DNA of 64,000 nt. Origin: an uncultured Pirellulales bacterium. GTDB taxonomy: Bacteria; Planctomycetota; Phycisphaerae; Sedimentisphaerales; SM23-30. Under the pieces are notes generated by a model. It did no database searches. It was given only the letters and a program-made list of their open reading frames with translations, and was not told the origin of the DNA. Numbering within the stretch: position 1 is the stretch's first letter; every line of letters starts with the position of its first letter. Below are positions 56,737 to 64,000 of the stretch, piece after piece. The stretch is taken from contig CAZICK010000003.1 in NCBI GenBank assembly GCA_964537505.1, forward strand, positions 13,321 through 77,320. Direction: 5' to 3'. A program made the translations under genes and the position numbers.

Positions 56737-57660
56737 TCAAATAAGGCTTTTCAGGTGCTTGATACTCCGCTGAGCCTGTTCTATGGTGCCGCACTCTACG
56801 CTGAATACTATTTCGTTGGGGATAGTTTTGCAGATTTCGATAACACGTTTCCAGTCGATAACGCCATCACCGCAGGCACAGCCGACCGGTGTGCCGGTAA
56901 CCTTGCCGCGTTCATCCTGTGACTGGGCCACAGAGATGTCCTTTGCGTGTAGATGGATCAGGTCTCCTTTGACGCTCTCAAGCCATTGATGCGGATCCTG
57001 TCCGCCAAGATAGCTGTTACCGGTGTCGAAGTTGATCCCGATTGCAGGTGAATCGACCAGCTTGAATATACGGGCAAGGCCTTTTGGAGTCTTGCTGTAT
57101 TGCTGATGCGGTTCCAGACCGATCTTTATGCCTCTGGGCTCTGCAACCATTGACACTTCTTTCAGCACATATCTCATCAGGACATGATCTTCTTCTTCCG
57201 TCGTCCAGCCCGGTTTTGGCCCCTCGTCCGTATTAACCACTGGCGCACCGCACTCAGCAGCGAAACGAACAGCCTGCTTGAGATATTCAGTGCTGATCTC
57301 CGGCTTACACAGGGGGGCATGGGAGGAAAGTCCTGATATCTTCACACCTGCCTTTTCGCAGGCGCGCTTTATGCGGTAAGGGTCGTCGAGCATTGATACG
57401 CTGTGAAAATATCCCGCTTCGCTTAGAAGTTCGCGTCCCCAATGCACCATCGGCTCAACATACTCATAGCCGATCTGTGCGGCTTTTTCGACTCCCCACT
57501 CAAAGGACTTGTCTGCGTGGCGGACGAATTCCATGTTTACACCCAATTTTATGTTGCTCATAGAACTTCCCTTTCCAAAGACGGATGACGATACGACATT
57601 TGACATTGCGATAGCGCCTGCGCCTTGAGCGGTTATCCTGCAGAAATCACGACGTGACAT
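56737..57660 (-). CDS. Tat-exported sugar-phosphate isomerase/epimerase-family TIM barrel
   Basis: SRRDF twin-arginine signal, LEPH, INFDTGN, HLHAKD, SVE metal motifs. Confidence 0.85.
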   Translation of the reverse strand: MSRRDFCRITAQGAGAIAMSNVVSSSVFGKGSSMSNIKLGVNMEFVRHADKSFEWGVEKAAQIGYEYVEPMVHWGRELLSEAGYFHSVSMLDDPYRIKRACEKAGVKISGLSSHAPLCKPEISTEYLKQAVRFAAECGAPVVNTDEGPKPGWTTEEEDHVLMRYVLKEVSMVAEPRGIKIGLEPHQQYSKTPKGLARIFKLVDSPAIGINFDTGNSYLGGQDPHQWLESVKGDLIHLHAKDISVAQSQDERGKVTGTPVGCACGDGVIDWKRVIEICKTIPNEIVFSVECGTIEQAQRSIKHLKSLI

Positions 57661-57745
57661 TTCGTTATTTAGCACAGCATTACCTTTTACTTTAATCTGA
57701 CATCTCTCATCACTTTATCCTTCCTGACTACTCCTGCTTTCCAGC

Positions 57746-59059
57746 TTAAAGAATAATTTCCTTGGCTTTTGAGTCAAACCGGGCTGTTTTGACGTTCTTA
57801 TGTGCCAGCATGGCCATCTGCAGCACCGTCTGGGTCTTAAAAGCCAGGTCCATCGGGCTCCATGTCTGCTTGTTCCGCCCTCGAGAGCACTCGATCAGGT
57901 TCCGCCAATGCTCTACGTTGTTTTCCGCCCGTTCAATGGGAATACGCTGGGGAGCTTTTGCTTCCCGAACCTGTAACGGAGTAAAAACGACTTCCTTGTT
58001 GTTTTGGATTGTCAACGTGCCATCCCAGCCACGAATAACAGGGCAACGGTTTCCGGCCCCTCGCTGATCAGTGGTATTATAATCATTAGCCTGGGTACCC
58101 ATAACGGTAATAGTCACTTTTTCGGGATATTGGGCGATCAGATTAAACGTGTCAGGCACATCGCGGAGTTCATAGTCATAGCGATGGATACCTCCAAGAG
58201 CCACAACACTTTCGGGAAAGCCCACTGAGAGTATATCAACTACCTGGGTTAAGCAATGAGGATACAAATCTGTCACGGGTCCGCCGGCATAGTCTTCGAA
58301 CAGACGCCAGCGAAAATAGCGGTCCACACTAAACGTCCGTTTAGGTGCATCACCCAGAAAGGCTTCCCAATTAAGGTCCTTCCCGGGCTTGGCATTGGGG
58401 TCGTCAACAGCCATGCCGCGTTCACCCCAGTCGCCAATGCGGAAAAAACCCGTCTCGCCATAGAGAGGCTTACCGATAAGACCTTCCTGAACAAGTTTCT
58501 TCATCTGATGCCAGGCCGAATCACTCATCGCCTGGGTGCCGAGTTGGAAAACGCAGTCTGATTGGGCCGCAACTTCAGCCAGCTTCTTGGTCAGTTCAAA
58601 CTGTCGCCAGTGGGTTACGGGCTTTTCACAATAAATATCCTTGCCGGCCCGGATGGCATCGATGGCCTGGTAACCGTGGTGATGGTCAGGCGTGGCGATA
58701 CAGACAACATCCACATTCTTATCCGCCAGCAATTCCCGGTGATCGGAATAGGCCTTGGCATTATATGTCTTGGCAGCCTTTTCCAGCCGAGGCAGATAGA
58801 TATCACACACTGCCACGATCTCAATATTATCTCCCTGATCCTTCATCCATTTAAGCATTTCAAGATGGCTGTTTCCCCGGCCGCCGGTTCCGATTACACC
58901 GATTCCGAGTTTTTCATTGGGGGATTTATTCTGGGAGAAGGCATCGGAGGCAATCCCCGTGGAAGCTATCGCCGCCATCGCCGAAGCTTTTTGCAGAAAT
59001 TTCCGCCGTGTCAGCCCCGATTCCTCACTGCTTTTGCCTGTATTAACACGCTCAGTCAT
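57746..59059 (-). CDS. Tat-exported Gfo/Idh/MocA oxidoreductase
   Basis: TRRKFL signal, IGTGGRG, IATPDHHH, YCEKP. Confidence 0.92.
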   Translation of the reverse strand: MTERVNTGKSSEESGLTRRKFLQKASAMAAIASTGIASDAFSQNKSPNEKLGIGVIGTGGRGNSHLEMLKWMKDQGDNIEIVAVCDIYLPRLEKAAKTYNAKAYSDHRELLADKNVDVVCIATPDHHHGYQAIDAIRAGKDIYCEKPVTHWRQFELTKKLAEVAAQSDCVFQLGTQAMSDSAWHQMKKLVQEGLIGKPLYGETGFFRIGDWGERGMAVDDPNAKPGKDLNWEAFLGDAPKRTFSVDRYFRWRLFEDYAGGPVTDLYPHCLTQVVDILSVGFPESVVALGGIHRYDYELRDVPDTFNLIAQYPEKVTITVMGTQANDYNTTDQRGAGNRCPVIRGWDGTLTIQNNKEVVFTPLQVREAKAPQRIPIERAENNVEHWRNLIECSRGRNKQTWSPMDLAFKTQTVLQMAMLAHKNVKTARFDSKAKEIIL

Positions 59060-60083
59060 TACTATTCTCCTTGTTTTGAGGGTCCTTTTTCTGATCTGTT
59101 TTCAATGTCTCAAGCCACCTCTGGTATAGCGATTCAATTTGTTTAGAGTCAATCTTTCCATCCCACAAAGCAATACCATATCGCAGGGTAATCGGCTTTT
59201 CGCAGCTTAACTCCTGTGCCTGGGTGTGCAGACTCATCGTTGCCGAAAGGTACGCAAAAGGTTTGGCCATGGTAAACCATGTTGCCGGATACCGCACATT
59301 AGCCGGGTCATCAAACATGGCCACCGTTATCTCTTTTTCCCCGGCCCTGGCGGTGTAAGCACACCACGAAGAGCGAACCAGCCGCTCTTCGCCACGGAAT
59401 ATTTCGCCCTGGTTTTCGTCCGCATTTAAAAAAATCCCGTTACCATCCATTGAGCGAATAAAACGCATTCCAAGGCCGTCATAATGACTGCCGAACAGGG
59501 TCACTTTCTTCTTTGCTGTGGGAACTGCCAGTTTTGACTCCCACGTAAGCAGTGTCGCCCTCACACCCTTAATCCGTTGGACGCTAACACATCTTTTCTC
59601 ATTCAATAACAACTCATCTGTCTTGGGATCGACCCAGTTAAGAGTATCCGAGAATGTTCCCCGCAGCTCGTTCTCATCCGAAACGGTTGAAACGCTGAAG
59701 TTTTCTTCGTGAACCTGTTTGCCGGAAGTGTCTGTTTCTTCCCAAAAACCAATGTTGTCAACTACGACCGCAAACATCACACCGCGATGGTGAACATGAT
59801 CCGATGGCGAATCAAGTAAAATATTCAGACCCAAAGGTGTATATAATTCCTTGATGTAGGGTTTGAACGGAACCTGTTTATATTTATATCGAAGGGCCAT
59901 TTGCCCATTGATATAGGCGGAAAAATAATCTTCTTCGGTTCTTATCTCCAGGGAATTTCCCGTCGGCTCCTGCCCGCAAACAAGCCGATCTGGGGACATA
60001 ACGGCGATTATCCCCATCCAAAGCAGAAAAAGGCACTGTCGCAAAGGCATGGCTGACCGGGAATGGATTGTTGTTTTCATCAT
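59052..60083 (-). CDS. Secreted DUF6807/'PmoA'-like beta-sandwich protein
   Basis: KPYIKELYTP.G, SPSDHVHHRG, YDGLGMR, W..R-type YPATWF motifs. N-terminal signal-like segment. Confidence 0.7.
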   Translation of the reverse strand: MMKTTIHSRSAMPLRQCLFLLWMGIIAVMSPDRLVCGQEPTGNSLEIRTEEDYFSAYINGQMALRYKYKQVPFKPYIKELYTPLGLNILLDSPSDHVHHRGVMFAVVVDNIGFWEETDTSGKQVHEENFSVSTVSDENELRGTFSDTLNWVDPKTDELLLNEKRCVSVQRIKGVRATLLTWESKLAVPTAKKKVTLFGSHYDGLGMRFIRSMDGNGIFLNADENQGEIFRGEERLVRSSWCAYTARAGEKEITVAMFDDPANVRYPATWFTMAKPFAYLSATMSLHTQAQELSCEKPITLRYGIALWDGKIDSKQIESLYQRWLETLKTDQKKDPQNKENSND

Positions 60084-60315
60084 TATCTTCCTTTAACATA
60101 GTTATACTGATTATTGTCTCTTTTTTCAACGATTTCAAGAAGTTTTTTTGACCAGGCAGGACTGGCAACTGTTGACTGCCACTCAGGGTAAAATCGCCAG
60201 ATCACCAGCGGACGTGCCCAGGCCCTCTTGGCCGTGCCTGTGGTAATGAAAGTCGAACTATCGGTCTTTCCAGGCGGGAATCTGCCAATGTGTTTGTTGG
60301 GCCAACCTTCAGCAG

Positions 60316-60348
60316 AAAAAAGGGCCGCAAGCGCAAGCCCGCGGCCCT
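60316..60348 (-). terminator. Intrinsic terminator
   Basis: AGGGCCGC...GCGGCCCT stem, with a T6 tail on the minus strand. Confidence 0.75.
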
Positions 60349-60376
60349 ACCGATTCATCCAACTAAAATGTTATCT

Positions 60377-61882
60377 TCAATCATTTATGTAATATTGAAC
60401 CACAAGTTTTGGTTCTTTACTACCTGGAAAATCTCCGGAATAGAAGCTCACATAGTCGGCATTGCCATCCATATTAGAGGATACCTTGTTGAAGTAAACC
60501 TTCAACTGGGTCTTACCGGTTTTGTTGATGTAAGCAAGACTGCCAGCGTCAAAATCACTCGATACTATTTTTGTTCCCTCACCGGCCGGGGCCGTATCGA
60601 ACGTCGCGGCAACATAATCTTCGCCAGACTCAAAATCGACATTCTCCAACCCCGCCACGGTACCGAAGAAACCGCTTTTAACGTCAACAACGCAGCTTCC
60701 CCAGGTGTCAGGATCACCAAATGGGCTGTCACCTTGGTTGTATCCATAGTCAGTCAATTCCAGCCAGGCCGCAGTCACCTCATACCCATCCGGCAGCGAT
60801 GATGTGTCGAACGACAGTACATTTCGGTATCCATAATTATGGACATCATAGGTATCACCCACTCGGAAAGTTTTGAAACCATCGCCAGCGCCAGTAGCAA
60901 GATAACCCACACCTGTACCACCATTATCTATGTCCCAGACACGTCCGTCCTCAGCGCCTATACTGGTAAACGTCACCGTAGTCGTACGCGTGGTGAGGTA
61001 GGTGATCTTAAGTTTGGGTCGGTACTGCTCCGGTGCATAACTATCTCCCGACCAGAAGCCTAAATAGTCAGTGTTCTCATCTCCATTAGTCGAGTTCTCA
61101 AAGTAAACTCTAAACTGCGTCTTGCCGTTTGTATTGATCAGACCCAACGAACTGCCGCTGAACGGGGTCGATTCCATCGGCAGATCGTCGGCGTCCGGGT
61201 ATGACTCTGCCGGGAACTCCGCGATATATTCAGCATCTGCGGCGGCTTGCCAATCCATAGCCGCAAGAGCGGTACTGCCGCCAAACTGAGAATCTAGATC
61301 AATTTTACAGGTTCCACCCCAACCGTCAAACGGATTTGATACGCAGTAGTCCTCACTGCCACGGGTCAATTCAAGCGTAGCGGCCGTTATGTTACAAACT
61401 TCCGGCAATGCTAATGACGTGTCAAACGACAGTATAGTCCGATATGTCAGGTGCCACTCCGACGTCTGCACTGAATCGCCCAAACGTAAGGATATAGGAT
61501 AGTCCACGGCTAGCGTATCAACAGCCTTGAAGCCGACGCCAATACCATCGTTAGTGTCCCACACACGCCCGTCTTCAGCGCCTATGCTATAGAAGACCGC
61601 CTGGCATTCCAGAAGGTCTGACCCATTAAGCCAATTGCCTTGTACGCCATCCCATAGTAAAGCCTCCAGATCATCTATATCCACGTCGCCATCCGGCTCA
61701 AAATCCGCCCCTCCGCAATCGCTGCGGGACGCGCAATCTGTCGCCATCCAGTAATAGGCAAGAACAGCGAAATCCTCCAGATTAACGCCGTTACCGGGGT
61801 TCATCACCGGCTCCTGAGCCATACTACTGCCGGCAAATGAGAACACTACTGCCAAACCAAACAAAACCAATCGAACACTCAT
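60377..61882 (-). CDS. Secreted modular protein: dockerin/EF-hand-like segment plus two DNRLRE/CBM96-like domains
   Basis: Signal peptide, DFEPDGDVDIDDL, and two copies of the (EDGRVWD...RLGD...SFDTS.LP...TQ.RVY...PKL) domain. Confidence 0.7.
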   Translation of the reverse strand: MSVRLVLFGLAVVFSFAGSSMAQEPVMNPGNGVNLEDFAVLAYYWMATDCASRSDCGGADFEPDGDVDIDDLEALLWDGVQGNWLNGSDLLECQAVFYSIGAEDGRVWDTNDGIGVGFKAVDTLAVDYPISLRLGDSVQTSEWHLTYRTILSFDTSLALPEVCNITAATLELTRGSEDYCVSNPFDGWGGTCKIDLDSQFGGSTALAAMDWQAAADAEYIAEFPAESYPDADDLPMESTPFSGSSLGLINTNGKTQFRVYFENSTNGDENTDYLGFWSGDSYAPEQYRPKLKITYLTTRTTTVTFTSIGAEDGRVWDIDNGGTGVGYLATGAGDGFKTFRVGDTYDVHNYGYRNVLSFDTSSLPDGYEVTAAWLELTDYGYNQGDSPFGDPDTWGSCVVDVKSGFFGTVAGLENVDFESGEDYVAATFDTAPAGEGTKIVSSDFDAGSLAYINKTGKTQLKVYFNKVSSNMDGNADYVSFYSGDFPGSKEPKLVVQYYIND

Positions 61883-62028
61883 CTTTGACCTTCTCTCATC
61901 CGAACACAGACCATATTTAGCTGTTCTAAACATCCTTTTCTTCTCCTAAATGTTCTTGTTTCCAAGATAGCCACGAACCGAAAAACAAACACAACACGAT
62001 TGATAACGCTGCTGTCCGGTTTATTCAT

Positions 62029-62074
62029 ACCATGGCTCTCCAATAACCCTCACCATGGCTCTCCAATAACCCTC
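62029..62074. repeat. Perfect 23-bp tandem duplication
   Basis: ACCATGGCTCTCCAATAACCCTC x2 in the intergenic region. Confidence 0.9.
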
Positions 62075-62161
62075 CAACACCAACAAAACCCTCCAATGAA
62101 CAGTTATCGGCCCTTAAGAAGGGCCAATAACTGTAATCTCTTCGCAAAAAGTCTGCCCTTT

Positions 62162-64000
62162 TTATTGCTCCACATACCGAATTATTAGCTTGGGCACCTT
62201 CAATTCCTGTTGTGACGCGTATTCTCCTGAATAGAAACCCAAATAATCGGATTTACTGTCGTTATTCGTCGGCAACGTGAGATACACTCTTAACTGGGTT
62301 ATGCCCGTTTTACTAATATAATTTTTGCCGACAGCGCTGAATTCACTTGAAACCATCGGCTGTTCACGTCCCGGATCTTCCGAGAAGGTGGCAATACCCG
62401 TAGCATCGGCTACGGCCTCGTAATCACAATTCTCAAGAGCAACATCGGTGCCTAAATGGCCCATGGCAATATCAATCTTACAGCTTCCACCCCAATCGAA
62501 TGGATTGTCCATTTCGATGGGGGTAGGCAGCTTTTCCGGACCATAAAAGCCGCGGGTCAACTGGAGTCTGGCCGATGCTATTTCACAATCGTCCGGCAAC
62601 CATGAAGTATCAAACGAAACTACCGTCCGATATGAGTGGTTTTGGCCATCACTATAATAATCGCCTAAGCGCAAGGCGTAGTTAGTGGCTTCGACGGAAT
62701 TGTTGCCCGCGCCTACTCCGCTTCCGTTCGTATCGTACACCCGTCCGTCATGTCCGGCTATACCGTTGAATGTGACCATCGGAGAACGGGTTTTGTACGT
62801 GACCTCGAGCTTGGGACGATAACCGGCGATTTCATATTCTCCGGAATAGAAGCATACATAATCAGCATTAACATCATCCGGGTCATTTATCCTTTGGGTC
62901 AGGTAAACTCTCAACTGGGTGGTGCCACTTACGTTGATTCTCGACAAACCATCCGCGTTAAATGAAGTTGACTCCATAACACCATTCTCACCGGGATCTG
63001 ATGCCGCTCCCAATGAAATATCGAAGCTCGCCACAGCGGCGGTGTCGCCGCCTGACGTACGCCAGTCGTCATTGGTCTGCACATTGTTTTCTAAGGCAAC
63101 ACTGGTGCCGAAGTAGGGATTGCGAATATCAACAAGGCAACTTCCGCCCCAGGCAAACGGATGATTATTAAGAGGATCAGCCTGACCGGCGCGGGTCAAT
63201 ATGAGTTTGACTGTATCCACGACGCTATCCTCGGGCAGCGATGAGGTGTCAAAGGAAACTACACTACGATATCCGTACTTGCCGTAATCGCCAAGACGCA
63301 AAGCAAAATTAGTCGCATCCACGGGCTCGCAACCACGATACCACGAAAGAGGATGTTCGACAAAATCCCAAACTCCGGATCCGTCGTCCCATATACGTCC
63401 GTCGTCCGACGCCACGCTGTAGAAGGTTTCTGTCACGACTGTCTGCGGAGTCGTAGTATCGGAAGCTTCATCTGAACATGCAGTTTCATTATAGTACCAC
63501 TCTTCTCCCAAATCGGAGTAATGTACATCACGGGCCTTAACCTGATACGTATATAAGTTGGTATCAAGATCCGTGTCCGTGTACTCGCGACTTGACTGCC
63601 ATCCGCTGTCATGAGTGGGAGCGGTAAGATTATAGAAGTAATATTCTACCGGTCCTCCTTCATCGTCCACTGCTGTCGTGGCCGTCATGGTTATAGTATT
63701 CTCACCGGGAACCACCGACGGAACCAACTCCCATGACATCGGATCGGGTGTAGGAGCTGTCGTATCGCGATCCGTCGTGCCGGTAACCTCATCTGACCAT
63801 TCGGTCTCATTGTAATTGTGAGACTTGTCACGGGACTTGACCCTGTAAGTGTACTGCGATTCCAGACCAAGACCGGTGTCCACATAAACAGGACTGGCCT
63901 GCCAATCGCTGCTGTTACCGCCGCCGACCGTGCACTCGAAGTAATACTCGACACCGCCGCCGTCAGAGGCGGTCGCAGCGGTCATGGTTATCGAGTGAGG
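62162..64000 (-). CDS. Secreted modular protein, 5' part outside the window: FN3-like PTPDPM(S)W repeats plus two DNRLRE/CBM96-like domains
   Basis: ITMTATxAxD..GGxVEYYF...SxWQxSxxYxDTxL...Y.Y.VK.RD repeats, followed by two copies of the same domain found in the adjacent gene. Confidence 0.72.
   Translation of the reverse strand, partial: PHSITMTAATASDGGGVEYYFECTVGGGNSSDWQASPVYVDTGLGLESQYTYRVKSRDKSHNYNETEWSDEVTGTTDRDTTAPTPDPMSWELVPSVVPGENTITMTATTAVDDEGGPVEYYFYNLTAPTHDSGWQSSREYTDTDLDTNLYTYQVKARDVHYSDLGEEWYYNETACSDEASDTTTPQTVVTETFYSVASDDGRIWDDGSGVWDFVEHPLSWYRGCEPVDATNFALRLGDYGKYGYRSVVSFDTSSLPEDSVVDTVKLILTRAGQADPLNNHPFAWGGSCLVDIRNPYFGTSVALENNVQTNDDWRTSGGDTAAVASFDISLGAASDPGENGVMESTSFNADGLSRINVSGTTQLRVYLTQRINDPDDVNADYVCFYSGEYEIAGYRPKLEVTYKTRSPMVTFNGIAGHDGRVYDTNGSGVGAGNNSVEATNYALRLGDYYSDGQNHSYRTVVSFDTSWLPDDCEIASARLQLTRGFYGPEKLPTPIEMDNPFDWGGSCKIDIAMGHLGTDVALENCDYEAVADATGIATFSEDPGREQPMVSSEFSAVGKNYISKTGITQLRVYLTLPTNNDSKSDYLGFYSGEYASQQELKVPKLIIRYVEQ

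Noticed and set aside
59052-60083. Methane monooxygenase, implied by the 'PmoA' family label
   Set aside because: It is a soluble secreted beta-type protein in a sugar-utilisation context with no pmoCAB operon, so the label is misleading.
4630-62188. Numerous long antisense or alternate-frame ORFs in the track (e.g. 50055-51446, 38168-38986, 27716-28222, 15085-16008, 9719-10198)
   Set aside because: They are shadows of confidently identified genes on the opposite strand or frame and have no recognisable motifs.
1-64000. tRNA or rRNA genes
   Set aside because: No cloverleaf with a T-loop GTTCRA in an intergenic context and no rRNA-like stretch were seen.

Overview
A 64-kb chromosomal segment of a bacterium. 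Gene types and repeat-rich secreted proteins suggest a planctomycete of the Phycisphaerae/Sedimentisphaerales type, which is an inference. Most of it is housekeeping: argJ, xseAB, parA, a sigma54-type two-component pair, Rrf2-nadA-nifU-nifS, metY-metX-metW-cysE, gcvPA/PB, addA, thiC, thrS-infC-rpmI-rplT-pheS, trpE(G)-trpD-trpF-nadD, tyrA-purL-purQ-recJ, accA, a Tat-exported sugar-oxidation trio and two secreted modular proteins. Several features are missed by the ORF track. (1) A 1366-bp cassette at 45071-46436 sits exactly between the trpE stop codon and the trpD RBS. It is bounded by 30-bp inverted repeats built from 9-bp CACAGAG units and carries a GxxExxY PD-(D/E)XK nuclease plus an AT-rich HEPN-like cargo gene, with no transposase. 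This is the best candidate for an undescribed mobile system. (2) An AT-rich locus at 10.2-11.2 kb has a 39-aa histone-H1-like microprotein gene, a phased 21-bp A-tract array and a 13-mer array, next to an orphan parA. (3) A Trp-Trp-Trp leader peptide and attenuator precede trpE(G). (4) There are candidate leader RNAs before thiC and gcvPA, and clear palindromic operators before the two-component and Rrf2 operons. (5) Two IS relics (IS256, IS1634-like) carry internal deletions. No rRNA, tRNA or CRISPR array was found.
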